From an uncultured candidatus Porisulfidus sp. (GTDB taxonomy: Bacteria > Pseudomonadota > Gammaproteobacteria > Poriferisulfidales > Poriferisulfidaceae): a DNA stretch of 64,000 nucleotides. The notes beneath the pieces are model-generated. The model searched no databases. It was not told the origin of the DNA and saw nothing but the letters and a program-made list of their open reading frames with translations. The stretch covers positions 256,001 through 320,000 of the forward strand of contig CBDASZ010000002.1 of NCBI GenBank assembly GCA_965199755.1, in the 5' to 3' direction. The position numbers were made by a program, and so were the translations under genes. Below, one piece after another: positions 1 through 9,167 of this stretch (within the stretch, counting starts at the first letter, position 1; the number at the start of each line of letters is the position of its first letter).

Positions 1-752
1 AGCATGCCGCCGACGTGATCAATGCTGCCCTCGTATACCGGCATGCGCGTGTAGATCGGATGGTGCAGTTGATCAAGCACCTCGTTCCAGTCCTCGTTCA
101 GGTCAATGCCAACAATCTCGCTGCGCGGAATCATCACGTCGTTGACCGTGATCTTCTCCAGATCCAGAATGCCCAGCAGCATCTTCTGGTGATCCCCGGA
201 GAGCAGACCGCTTGATTCGCGCACTGCATTGCGCAACTCTTCGCCGGTCAAGGCATGACTGGCCTCTTCGCGCCACACTCCAGCCAGACGCAGCAGCCCG
301 TTGGCGAAGCGGTTGATCAGCCAGACCAAAGGCAGCGCCACCACCATTAGGAAACGATAGATGATCGCGGCCGGGTAGGCCACGCGCTCGGCGTGCATGG
401 ACGCCAGTGTCTTCGGTGCCAGTTCCGCGAACACCAGAATCGCAATGGTGAGAAAGCCGGTGACGATCGCCACGCCGATTTCCTGAAAGTACACATAGCC
501 CAGATAACTGGCTAACTGGGTGATCAGGATGTTGACCAGATTGTTGCCCAGCAGAATCAATCCGATCAGGCGGTCCGGGTGTTGCAGCAAGGCGCGGGCG
601 CAGCGCGCCCCGTAATGTCCCTGCTCGGCGCGGTGATTCAAACGGTAGTGATTCAGCGCCATCAACGCGGTCTCGGAGCCAGAGAAGAACGCCGACAGCA
701 CAAACAGCACACCCAGTACTACGAACAGCAACTCAACGGGAATCAGGCTCAT
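1..752 (-). CDS. HlyC/CorC (CNNM + CBS) family transporter, YfjD/CorB-like; runs off the left edge of the window
   Basis: Not in the ORF track because it has no stop in the window. Manual translation from ATG 752 gives [34 protein letters not shown]...[13 protein letters not shown]...[11 protein letters not shown]...[15 protein letters not shown], which carries CNNM and CBS motifs. Confidence 0.9.
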   Translation of the reverse strand, partial: MSLIPVELLFVVLGVLFVLSAFFSGSETALMALNHYRLNHRAEQGHYGARCARALLQHPDRLIGLILLGNNLVNILITQLASYLGYVYFQEIGVAIVTGFLTIAILVFAELAPKTLASMHAERVAYPAAIIYRFLMVVALPLVWLINRFANGLLRLAGVWREEASHALTGEELRNAVRESSGLLSGDHQKMLLGILDLEKITVNDVMIPRSEIVGIDLNEDWNEVLDQLHHPIYTRMPVYEGSIDHVGGM

Positions 753-820
753 TGCAACACGCGCGGCGAACGAACGCTGGACTGCCGCCTATAATTGAAA
801 CCATCCACAGTTCTTTCCTG

Positions 821-1312
821 ATGAACTCCAAAGCCCGCACAACGGCACCCGATCCGGTGATCGCCCGCAATCGGAAGGCGCGCCACAACTACGCCATTGA
901 CGAAGAGTTTGAGGCTGGACTGGTGCTGCATGGCTGGGAAGTCAAAAGTTTGCGGCTCGGCCGCGCCCAGATCAATGAGGGCTATGTCAGCGTCCGCAAC
1001 GGCGAAGTATGGCTGTTGAGTTGCCACATCACTCCCCTGCCGAACGCCGCGCATCTTGACACCGATGCGGCGCGCCCGCGTAAACTGCTGCTGCACGAAA
1101 GAGAAATCGCGCACCTGCGCGGCGCAGTGGAGCGCAAGGGCTACACGCTGGTTCCTCTGTCACTGTACTGGAAGCGGGGACGGGCCAAACTTAAGTTCGC
1201 TCTGGCGCACGGCAAGCAGGCGCGTGACCGGCGTCAGGACATCAAAAAACGCGACTGGACGCGCGAACGCGAGCGGCTGCTGCGCCATAGCAACAAGGGC
1301 CGCGAAGCCTGA
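821..1312 (+). CDS. smpB: SsrA-binding protein SmpB
   Basis: [39 protein letters not shown] motifs. ATG 821 preferred over the ORF-track start. TATAAT at 790-795. Confidence 0.97.
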   Translation: MNSKARTTAPDPVIARNRKARHNYAIDEEFEAGLVLHGWEVKSLRLGRAQINEGYVSVRNGEVWLLSCHITPLPNAAHLDTDAARPRKLLLHEREIAHLRGAVERKGYTLVPLSLYWKRGRAKLKFALAHGKQARDRRQDIKKRDWTRERERLLRHSNKGREA

Positions 1313-1340
1313 GGCTCGCGGCCGCCTGCGTTCATATTCT

Positions 1341-1367
1341 GCGGCAGGGATTCGACCTTCCCGCCGC
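1341..1367. terminator. GC-rich hairpin between convergent genes, possible terminator
   Basis: GCGGC-A-GGGA / TCCC-GCCGC stem with an 8-nt loop between smpB and the convergent small ORF. No strong U-tract. Confidence 0.4.
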
Positions 1368-1374
1368 GAACCAA

Positions 1375-1623
1375 TTACTGGCTGCAGGAATACGGGGTCG
1401 TCACCACATCCACCTTTTCGCGGACGGCAGCGACACAATCGTCGTAACTGGCGTAATGACCCGCCGAATGTTTGTCGTCTCCCATGCCGACCATAGCCTC
1501 CCAGGCCCCACCGTCTGCAGACTCGCCGGTCGCGGTGTCTGGCATGGCGTCATCCTGTTGCGACAGCCAGTAGAAAAAACCAACAACAAGCACGATGATC
1601 ACTCCGGTAATTACTTTATCCAT
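1375..1623 (-). CDS. Small hypothetical membrane-anchored protein (82 aa)
   Basis: GGAGG RBS upstream of ATG 1623, N-terminal TM helix VITGVIIVLVVGFFYWL, two C-terminal Cys. Confidence 0.7.
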   Translation of the reverse strand: MDKVITGVIIVLVVGFFYWLSQQDDAMPDTATGESADGGAWEAMVGMGDDKHSAGHYASYDDCVAAVREKVDVVTTPYSCSQ

Positions 1624-1708
1624 TCCCAATAGTCCTCCAAAGACAGATAGATTGCTGCGCCGCAACACAGAGGCGAGGCACAAAATACGAGTTTAAGATT
1701 ATCAGAAT

Positions 1709-2395
1709 TTAAGCGCCTTTGCTAGCCGAGGTCATCTGCGCCATAAATTCCTCATGCGCACGCTGCTCCTCCGCGCTCGGCATCAGCACCGGAATTTCCA
1801 CTTCGCTGGTGTCAATGCGATGGCTTACCACCGCCTCACTCGGTAGCTCCAGCCCGATCTGTCCGCCGGTCATCCGCAAATACACTTGCGCCAGTAACTG
1901 CGCGTCGAGCAAGGCTCCATGCTTGTCCCGATGGCTGCGATTAATGCCGTACTGATCGCACAACTGATCGAGCCCGTTGCCGCCGGGGTGCATCTTCCGC
2001 GCCATCTCCAGCGTGTCGGTGATTTTTGAGCAGTACACCGCGAAGTCGTCCTTGTAGCCGGCCGTGTGCAATTCGCGGTTGAGAAATCCCAGATCAAAAC
2101 TGGCGTTGTGAATCAGGACCTCCGCGTCCACCACAAACTCCAGCAACTCTTCCACAATGTCGGCAAACTTCGGCTTGCCGCGCAACTCCTCGCGACTGAT
2201 GCCGTGCACTTCCTGCGCCTTGGGTTCAATGTCGCGTCCCGGATCAACGTAGTGCTGCAAGACCCGACCACTGAGTTCGCGCGCCATCAACTCCACACAA
2301 CCGACCTCAATGATCCGGTTCTCCTCGGTCATGCCGGTGGTCTCCAGGTCCAGCACCACCTGCCGACCCATATTCAGCGCCTCAGTCGCCGTCAT
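1709..2395 (-). CDS. dnaQ: DNA polymerase III epsilon subunit
   Basis: [22 protein letters not shown] exonuclease motifs. Adjacent to rnhA. Confidence 0.97.
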   Translation of the reverse strand: MTATEALNMGRQVVLDLETTGMTEENRIIEVGCVELMARELSGRVLQHYVDPGRDIEPKAQEVHGISREELRGKPKFADIVEELLEFVVDAEVLIHNASFDLGFLNRELHTAGYKDDFAVYCSKITDTLEMARKMHPGGNGLDQLCDQYGINRSHRDKHGALLDAQLLAQVYLRMTGGQIGLELPSEAVVSHRIDTSEVEIPVLMPSAEEQRAHEEFMAQMTSASKGA

Positions 2396-2832
2396 GTCTG
2401 CACCAACCGGTCAATGGCCTCATTCGCCAAAGCATCCGCGCGCTCATTGCCGGCGTCGCCAGTGTGTCCTCGCACCCAGGTCCAGTGCACCTGATGCCGG
2501 GCGGCCAGAGCGTCGAGCCGCTGCCACAAGTCCTGATTCTTGACCGGTTTGCCGTTCGCGGTCTTCCAGTTTTTCTTCTTCCAGTTGGGCATCCATGAAT
2601 TGAGCCCATCCATTAGATAGCGCGAGTCCGTCACCAGCTCGGCCTGACACGGTTCGCCCAATGCGCTCAGGGCTTCAATCGCCGCCAGCATCTCCATGCG
2701 ATTGTTGGTGGTCTGCGGATGCGCGCCCATCAATTCGCGCCGCTTGCCTTCCTCGACCAGCACCACTCCCCAGCCGCCAGGTCCCGGATTGCCGCGGCAC
2801 GCGCCGTCTGTGTAAATGGTGACCTGTTTCAT
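2392..2832 (-). CDS. rnhA: Ribonuclease HI
   Basis: [34 protein letters not shown] motifs. Confidence 0.98.
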   Translation of the reverse strand: MKQVTIYTDGACRGNPGPGGWGVVLVEEGKRRELMGAHPQTTNNRMEMLAAIEALSALGEPCQAELVTDSRYLMDGLNSWMPNWKKKNWKTANGKPVKNQDLWQRLDALAARHQVHWTWVRGHTGDAGNERADALANEAIDRLVQT

Positions 2833-2841
2833 GGCGCGAGA

Positions 2842-3576
2842 TTATATGCGCGTGGTCGGTTCGGCCCCTGCCAAGGCATCCGACAGCACCGTCGAGGGCC
2901 GATACCAAGGCTCTCGGGTCGGCGTCAATGGCAGGCGCAACTTGCGCGCACGAATGCAACACACCCCTCCGAAATGATTCCAGCGCCAGCGACTTTGATG
3001 CTCCAGCACCTGCAGACTGCGCTGTATCACTGCATTGTGAATGGGTGGGCGGAACACTGTGTAGGTGCAGGCTTCGGTCTCCAGATTCAACACGGACAGC
3101 CAGTCCCTTACGCGACCCGATCCATAAAAATGCTGGCTCCACGGAAACTTCCACGGCGCGAACAGGCGGCGCAACCCATAGCAACTCCACGGATTGAATC
3201 CGGCCAGCACGAGACGCCCGTTGGCCACCAGCACCCGCTCCGCTTCGCGCAGCACCCGATGCGGCTGCGCACTCAATTCCAGCGCATGCGCCAGCACCAG
3301 AAGGTCCACCGTGTTGGAGGCCACCGGCAGCGCATCCGGTGTTCCTCGAAACTGACCGCTGCGCGCATCCGGGTGCATCAGAAAAGAGCGGTGCACTTCG
3401 GTCGCTGATGTCAATTCTTCGTCACACAAGGCCGCGGGGCCGCAGTAAATTGCATGCTGACCCCACGAATCCTGCTGCAGCGTCTGCAACTGTCGACGCA
3501 CCAGTTCAGCCGACAGACGCCCTGCGCCGGTGGCGTACCACTGGTCGAGTTTGCTGTAGTTCTCGATTTGAGACAC
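2842..3576 (-). CDS. Class I SAM-dependent methyltransferase, YafS-like
   Basis: LPVASNTVDLLVLAHALE, PHRVLREAERVL, GFNPWS motifs. Conserved position upstream of rnhA. Confidence 0.88.
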   Translation of the reverse strand: MSQIENYSKLDQWYATGAGRLSAELVRRQLQTLQQDSWGQHAIYCGPAALCDEELTSATEVHRSFLMHPDARSGQFRGTPDALPVASNTVDLLVLAHALELSAQPHRVLREAERVLVANGRLVLAGFNPWSCYGLRRLFAPWKFPWSQHFYGSGRVRDWLSVLNLETEACTYTVFRPPIHNAVIQRSLQVLEHQSRWRWNHFGGVCCIRARKLRLPLTPTREPWYRPSTVLSDALAGAEPTTRI

Positions 3577-3582
3577 GGGTGC

Positions 3583-4200
3583 TCACGGCGACAGGCGATC
3601 CTGTTGCCACATCCCGTCATCGCCGAGACGAAAGCGAATGCGATCGTGCAGGCGGCAGGAGGCGTTCTGCCAAAACTCAATCGTATGTGGACTCAGGGCA
3701 TATCCACCCCAGAACTCCGGGCACGGAACATCCTGACCCTCAAAGCGCTGCGTGGCCTCCTCGAACTGACGCTGCAACTGGTTATGATCTCCCACCACTT
3801 GACTCTGATGCGAGGCATAAGCCCCCAGCTGACTGCTGCGCGGGCGCGTGCGGAAATACTGCTCGTTTTTCTCAGCCGATAGCTGTCGCACAGAGCCTTC
3901 CACCCGAACCTGCCGGCCGGGAGGCTCCCACCAAAAGGTCAGCGCCGCAAAACCACTGGCTTGCAATTCGCGAGACTTGGCGCTGTTGTAGTTGGTATAG
4001 AACACAAACTCCTCATCGTGCAGTTCCTTGAACAAGACCATGCGCGCACGCGGACGGCCTTGGGCATCCACGGTGGCAATATTCATGGCGTTCGGCAACG
4101 GCCGGCCGTCATCAGCCTCCTGAAACCATGTGGAGAACAGGGCGAACGGATCCGATCCGGCAGCCGCGCGGGTCAGGGGTGGGGGTGTAGTATCAATCAT
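3583..4200 (-). CDS. pdxH: Pyridoxine/pyridoxamine 5'-phosphate oxidase
   Basis: RMVLFK, FYTNYNSAK, RQVRVEG, RPRSSQ, WGGY, EFWQ..RLHDR motifs. Start could be 4200 or 4227. Confidence 0.96.
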   Translation of the reverse strand: MIDTTPPPLTRAAAGSDPFALFSTWFQEADDGRPLPNAMNIATVDAQGRPRARMVLFKELHDEEFVFYTNYNSAKSRELQASGFAALTFWWEPPGRQVRVEGSVRQLSAEKNEQYFRTRPRSSQLGAYASHQSQVVGDHNQLQRQFEEATQRFEGQDVPCPEFWGGYALSPHTIEFWQNASCRLHDRIRFRLGDDGMWQQDRLSP

Positions 4201-4247
4201 GCGGTATATTATGATGGACGCTTTCACACTACCGCCTACTCTTACTT

Positions 4248-4472
4248 ATGAGCGCAGAAACCATGATCAAGCGAGCCAGTGATGACGGTTTCATCATCGC
4301 CTGGAAATACAAATACAAGTTTGAAGTCGGCGTCCTCGACGGCGAAATGACCTACAGCGAAGCGCTGGAGAAATGCGCACAGTTGTGTGCCGAAGATCCG
4401 GAGAAGACCTTCTGGCCGCAGCGCACGGAAGCGACCAGCGACTCCTACGGAAAATTCCACAAGGCGCACTGA
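4248..4472 (+). CDS. Small hypothetical protein (74 aa)
   Basis: ATG start, host-like codon usage, divergent from pdxH, stop overlaps the next gene. Confidence 0.7.
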   Translation: MSAETMIKRASDDGFIIAWKYKYKFEVGVLDGEMTYSEALEKCAQLCAEDPEKTFWPQRTEATSDSYGKFHKAH

Positions 4473-5020
4473 AGACCTCGAAACGCACCTCAGGCGCTAC
4501 ATGGCGTCTGTTCTTCGCGCTGTTCCCGGACACCCCCACACGCGAACAACTGCTGCGTGTTCAGCAGCGCATTCAGTCTGAACGCGGGCGCGCCACGCGA
4601 GAGGAAAACCTGCACCTGACCTTACTGTTCCTCGGTGAGGTGGAAACACATCGCATATTCGATCTGCAAGAGATCGTCCCGCGTCTTGACCATCTGGATG
4701 CGGAGCTGGAACTCGACGCGTTCGGCAGCTTCGGACACGCCGGGAAACACAGCCTTTGGCTCGGTCCGTCACAGCCGCCTGAAACATTGCTGCAATGGCG
4801 CAAGCAACTGGTGCGGGAAGTGAGCCGGCTGGGTTTGCAGGTCCGGCGCGAAACCTGGCGTCCGCACATCACCTTGTATCGCGGAGCATCAGGGTTGCGG
4901 CACATGCCGGAGCGACTCGAAGAAGCGCTGGCGTGGCGGGTGGGATCCTGCACTCTGGTGCGCTCACATCTGACACCGCAAGGGCCTGTTTATAAGAGAC
5001 TGCCACCAAGGTTCGAGTAG
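4469..5020 (+). CDS. thpR: RNA 2',3'-cyclic phosphodiesterase (2H family, ThpR/LigT)
   Basis: RLFFAL N-terminus and two HxT motifs (NLHLTLLFLG, WRPHITLYR). Start codon uncertain; see findings. Confidence 0.9.
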   Translation: MKTSKRTSGATWRLFFALFPDTPTREQLLRVQQRIQSERGRATREENLHLTLLFLGEVETHRIFDLQEIVPRLDHLDAELELDAFGSFGHAGKHSLWLGPSQPPETLLQWRKQLVREVSRLGLQVRRETWRPHITLYRGASGLRHMPERLEEALAWRVGSCTLVRSHLTPQGPVYKRLPPRFE

Positions 5021-5066
5021 ATCTTGTAAACGAAAAGCATGGTTGAAAAGAGCAAATCACGCTAAT

Positions 5067-5180
5067 CTATTTATGTTCCTCCCAAGAGTCTTTGCGTACC
5101 TCAAACGTGCCGAAGTATCCCTCAATGACGTGGCGTGCATTTTCCCATCCTGATCGAGAAATTGCCTTGAGTGCATTCAT
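5067..5180 (-). CDS. Putative small protein (37 aa)
   Basis: GGAG RBS, then MNALKAISRSGWENARHVIEGYFGTFEVRKDSWEEHK*. Below the ORF-track size cutoff. Confidence 0.35.
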   Translation of the reverse strand: MNALKAISRSGWENARHVIEGYFGTFEVRKDSWEEHK

Positions 5181-5514
5181 TTTTGTCTCCATTTATTTAA
5201 AGCATGCTGCAATGAAACTTCCAATTTGCGCTGAAGGACAGGCATCTCGGTGCCAAAATATATTCAACGTTATTAAAATATGATAACGTCAGTCTTATGG
5301 ACATTTAGCAAGCTCTGACGCCAACCGGCACTGATTTCATACGTTATTCATGCGCCTGTTAGCATAAATGCACACCCGCCAGACACTTTTTTGAGAAAGT
5401 GCTTCCGCAACGGACAGGACGGCGCTAGAAAACCGGATCCGACACTTGCTTCATAGTTGGGACATGCCACCATGTAAAATGCCTACCCCAACCCATTTAT
5501 GAGGAAAGTTGATC

Positions 5515-5790
5515 ATGCCCAAATACATCATTGAACGCGATATCCCAGGTGCTGGCAACCTGTCGCCTGAGGAACTGCGTGACATCTCGCAAAAATCCTG
5601 CAGTGTGCTCCAAAGCATGGGCCCGCATATCCAGTGGCTTGAGAGCCATGTAACGGATGACAAAGTCTACTGCACCTATATCGCGCCGAATGAAGCAGCG
5701 ATTCGTGAGCATGCTGAACAAGGCGGATTCCCGGCCAACAATATTGCTGAAATCCGTACCACTATCGATCCGACCACTAGCGAAGGATGA
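5515..5790 (+). CDS. DUF4242 domain protein (SCO4226-like)
   Basis: MPKYIIERDIPGAG...QWLESHVTDDKVYCTYIAPNEAAIREHAEQGGFPAN..IDPTT is the typical family pattern. GAGG RBS. Confidence 0.9.
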   Translation: MPKYIIERDIPGAGNLSPEELRDISQKSCSVLQSMGPHIQWLESHVTDDKVYCTYIAPNEAAIREHAEQGGFPANNIAEIRTTIDPTTSEG

Positions 5791-6113
5791 GCGCTCTGGA
5801 CCGCATCCGCGAACAGGTCACCGGCAATCCGGTGGTACTGTACATGAAAGGCACGCCGCAAATGCCGCAGTGCGGGTTTTCAAGCCGCGCCGCGCAGGCG
5901 CTGATGGAGTGTGGCGAGGAATTCGCCTACGTCAATGTGCTGATGGACCCGGAGATCTTCCAGGACCTGCCGAAATATGCTGACTGGCCGACGTTTCCGC
6001 AGCTGTACATCGACGGCGAGTTGGTCGGCGGCTGCGACATCATGATGGAACTGCACCAAAGCGGTGAGTTGAAGAAAAAAGTCCAGGAAGTGCGCAGTGA
6101 CGACGCCTCCTAA
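5787..6113 (+). CDS. grxD: Monothiol glutaredoxin Grx4
   Basis: YMKGTPQMPQCGFS, WPTFPQLY, GGCD motifs. Confidence 0.97.
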   Translation: MSALDRIREQVTGNPVVLYMKGTPQMPQCGFSSRAAQALMECGEEFAYVNVLMDPEIFQDLPKYADWPTFPQLYIDGELVGGCDIMMELHQSGELKKKVQEVRSDDAS

Positions 6114-6120
6114 GGTCGCG

Positions 6121-6750
6121 TTACGGGGCCGGAGTCTCCGGTACCGTGTCGTGTCGCGGCCAATCGTTGATAATCTGACAGAAAATCCGCGCCGTCATGT
6201 GGGCGTCGTAGCCAGCACTGTGCGCCTGCTCGGTGTCCCACTCGAATCCCGCTTCTTCCGCAATGCGCGACAGTACGGTCTGGCCGTAGGCGGCCGCACC
6301 TAAACTCACGGTATCAAGTGTGCTGAACGGATGAAACGGATTGCGCTTGAGGCCGCAACGGGCGGCGGTAGCATACATCACCGCTAAATCAAACGCGGCA
6401 TTGTGGCCCAACAGAATCGCGCGCTGGCAGTGGTGCTCGCGAACCGCGGCACGCACCATCCGAAACACCTCTTCGAGCGCGACCTTCTCAAAGACGGCTT
6501 CACGCTTCGGGTCGTGCGGGTCAATCTTCAGCATCTCCAGCGAAACTGGATCCAGACGGGCACCTTCAAAGGGTCGCACCGCCAGTTGCAACGGCTCTTG
6601 CGGTGACAACCGACCTTGGGCATCCATCGTCAGCAACACTACCGCGACCTCCAGCAAGGCGTCGGTCTCAGGCACCAGACCTCCGGTCTCCACATCTATC
6701 GCTACCGGCAAAAACCCGCGAAAGCGGCTCTCCATGCTCACGCCTGTCAT
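6121..6750 (-). CDS. rnt: Ribonuclease T
   Basis: RFRGFLPVAIDVETGG, HNAAFD, KRNPFHPFS, AHSAGYD motifs. Confidence 0.97.
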   Translation of the reverse strand: MTGVSMESRFRGFLPVAIDVETGGLVPETDALLEVAVVLLTMDAQGRLSPQEPLQLAVRPFEGARLDPVSLEMLKIDPHDPKREAVFEKVALEEVFRMVRAAVREHHCQRAILLGHNAAFDLAVMYATAARCGLKRNPFHPFSTLDTVSLGAAAYGQTVLSRIAEEAGFEWDTEQAHSAGYDAHMTARIFCQIINDWPRHDTVPETPAP

Positions 6751-6810
6751 AACGTCACTTCCCTCCTCTCCCTATAATAATACGTCAATCGACTGTGCTG
6801 GCGCACTGCC

Positions 6811-8010
6811 ATGTCTCAATACCGCAAAATTGTGCTCGCCTATTCCGGCGGACTCGACACCTCTATCATCCTGAAGTGGCTACAGGAACAGTATGCCTGC
6901 GAGGTGGTTACGTTCACCGCTGATTTGGGTCAGCAGGAAGATCTGGAGCCGGCGCGCAAGCGCGCGGCTGACTTGGGCGTGGGCGATATTCGCGTGGTGG
7001 ATTTGCGCGTGCCATTCGTGCGGGATTATATTTTCCCGATGCTGCGGGCCAACCCGCTGTATGAGGGACAGTATTTGCTGGGCACCGCCATCGCGCGCCC
7101 GCTAATCGCGAATGCCATGGTGCAGGTGGCGCATGAATGCGGGGCGGACGCTATTGCGCATGGCGCGACCGGCAAAGGCAACGATCAAGTTCGTTTCGAG
7201 CTGGCAGCGCGGGCTCTGGCACCAGAGCTCGGCATCATCGCACCTTGGCGGGAGTGGAAGCTGAACTCTCGCAGCGCACTGCTGGAATACGCAGCGCAGC
7301 ACGACATTGAAGTCGAGACCGACGCCGAGGGCAAAAGTCTCTATTCCATGGACGCCAACATGCTGCACATCTCTTATGAGGGCGGCATTCTGGAAGACCC
7401 GGACGCGACAGCACCAGAAGATATGTGGCGCTGGACCTGCGGTCCAAGACACGCTCCTGACAAGCCGCAAGTGGTGCGGATCGGTTTTGAGGGCGGCGAC
7501 GCTGTATCAATCGACGGCGAAACGCTGGCTCCGGCTGCGCTGCTGGAATACCTCAACACGATTGCGGCGCAACACGGCGTTGGGCGGGTTGATCTGGTCG
7601 AAAACCGCTATCTGGGACTGAAATCGCGTGGCTGCTATGAAACACCCGGCGGCACTGTGCTGCTGGCCGCGCACCGGGCGATCGAGTCGCTGGTACTGGA
7701 TCGGGAGGTCGCGCATCTGAAAGAAGAATTAATGCCGCGCTACGCGACCTTGATCTACAACGGGTACTGGTTCAGCCCGGAACGGGAGGCCTTGCAAGCA
7801 TTCATTGATCACACGCAGCGCGGGGTCAGCGGCGAGGTGCGGCTGCGGCTGTACAAAGGCAGTGTGTTCGTGGAGGGACGCAGCAGTCCCAACAGCCGCT
7901 ACGATCCGACTCAGGCGACTTTTGAGGATGATCAGGGACAGTTTGATCAGAGTGATGCCACTGGTTTCATTCGGCTGTCCGGACTGCGCCTGCGCAAGCC
8001 TGGGAGTTGA
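6811..8010 (+). CDS. argG: Argininosuccinate synthase
   Basis: [33 protein letters not shown] motifs. Confidence 0.98.
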   Translation: MSQYRKIVLAYSGGLDTSIILKWLQEQYACEVVTFTADLGQQEDLEPARKRAADLGVGDIRVVDLRVPFVRDYIFPMLRANPLYEGQYLLGTAIARPLIANAMVQVAHECGADAIAHGATGKGNDQVRFELAARALAPELGIIAPWREWKLNSRSALLEYAAQHDIEVETDAEGKSLYSMDANMLHISYEGGILEDPDATAPEDMWRWTCGPRHAPDKPQVVRIGFEGGDAVSIDGETLAPAALLEYLNTIAAQHGVGRVDLVENRYLGLKSRGCYETPGGTVLLAAHRAIESLVLDREVAHLKEELMPRYATLIYNGYWFSPEREALQAFIDHTQRGVSGEVRLRLYKGSVFVEGRSSPNSRYDPTQATFEDDQGQFDQSDATGFIRLSGLRLRKPGS

Positions 8011-8097
8011 TTTTGTCGCGGTGTGCCGCAGTGCGAGTTTTGCGCTGTTAGGTTTTCGCTATAATGGGCTTTTACACCCTATGGGTGACACAAGATC

Positions 8098-8826
8098 ATG
8101 CAATACAGACGCATTTTGATTTCGCCGCTTTGCGCGGCTGTGGCCGCAGGCATTATGCTGGCGGCTATGCCAGGCATTGGCGTTGCGGCAGTCGCCCCCG
8201 ACCCGCGTGATCCGTGGGAAGGCTACAACCGCACCATGCACGCTTTCAACGACACAATTGACAATGCGATTGTCAAGCCCGTGTCCACTCTGTACAAGGC
8301 TGTCACGCCGAAACCGGTGGATCAGGGCGTGACGAATTTCTTCTCCAATCTGGGAGAGCTTCGGAACTTTCTGAACTCAATGCTACAAGGCAAACCGGAG
8401 CGCAGCTTCAATGCGCTGGCTCGGTTCGCGGTCAACAGCACCGTCGGTCTGCTTGGCGTCGTTGATGTCGCAACCAGCCTAGGGATTGAGAAAGCGCCGG
8501 AAGATTTCGGCCAGACGCTGGCTGTGTGGGGATCAGGGCCGGGGCCTTATTTCGTATTGCCCTTTTTCGGTCCGAGCACCGTGCGCGATGCGTTCGGCAA
8601 GCCGTTTGATATTGCCGCGAATCCGGTCACTTGGCACGATGAAGCAACGATTTTATACGGCGTTGATGTGGTGGATTATCGCGCCGACCTGTTCGAACTC
8701 GAAGAAAGTGTCGAAGGCATTACTGAGGATGAGTACGCGCTCATTCGCAACGCCTATCTTGACCAGCGCGAATACGCCATAAGCGACGGCGAAATGGATG
8801 CCGACGCTTACGATATTGGCGAATAG
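8098..8826 (+). CDS. mlaA: MlaA/VacJ family outer-membrane lipid asymmetry protein
   Basis: DPWEGYNR, NFFSNL, NSTVGLLG, EDFGQTL, GPYFVLPFFGPSTVRD motifs. Confidence 0.95.
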   Translation: MQYRRILISPLCAAVAAGIMLAAMPGIGVAAVAPDPRDPWEGYNRTMHAFNDTIDNAIVKPVSTLYKAVTPKPVDQGVTNFFSNLGELRNFLNSMLQGKPERSFNALARFAVNSTVGLLGVVDVATSLGIEKAPEDFGQTLAVWGSGPGPYFVLPFFGPSTVRDAFGKPFDIAANPVTWHDEATILYGVDVVDYRADLFELEESVEGITEDEYALIRNAYLDQREYAISDGEMDADAYDIGE

Positions 8827-8830
8827 GATT

Positions 8831-8859
8831 CAGTACCCGTCGGAATGACGGGATGACTG
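8831..8859. terminator. Hairpin between convergent genes, possible bidirectional terminator
   Basis: CAGT-A-CCCGTC GGAAT GACGGG-ATG-ACTG stem-loop. Confidence 0.45.
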
Positions 8860-8862
8860 GAT

Positions 8863-9063
8863 TCAGCCACCGAACAACTTCTTGATTGAGCCGATCAGTC
8901 GGCCCATGCCGCAGCTCGAAGATTCACTCGATGCGGACGGTGCCGGATCAGCAGCGGGTGACGCTTCGGCTGATGCAGCGGGCGCGGCACCGGAAGACCC
9001 GGATGAACCTGCGCTCGCCATCTGTTCGTAGTGTCGTCTGAGAACGGAATCAGTTGGAACCAT
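8863..9063 (-). CDS. Small hypothetical protein: PTDSVLRRH motif, Ala/Ser linker, C-terminal amphipathic helix
   Basis: GGAGG RBS upstream of ATG, 66 aa, ends GRLIGSIKKLFGG. Confidence 0.75.
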   Translation of the reverse strand: MVPTDSVLRRHYEQMASAGSSGSSGAAPAASAEASPAADPAPSASSESSSCGMGRLIGSIKKLFGG

Positions 9064-9167
9064 AATGGATTGCCCTCCAAAAATCAGCCCTCATTGTAGC
9101 GCACCGCTTACGCGAGAAATTTGGACCTTAGTATGCGCGGCCAGTGGCGCATATCGAAATGATGGTT

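Noticed and set aside
1341-1367. tRNA T-arm-like or attachment-site-like sequence after smpB (GGTCGAATCCC on the minus strand)
   Set aside because: No cloverleaf, no CCA, no tmRNA features and no integrase nearby. It is better explained as a hairpin between convergent genes.
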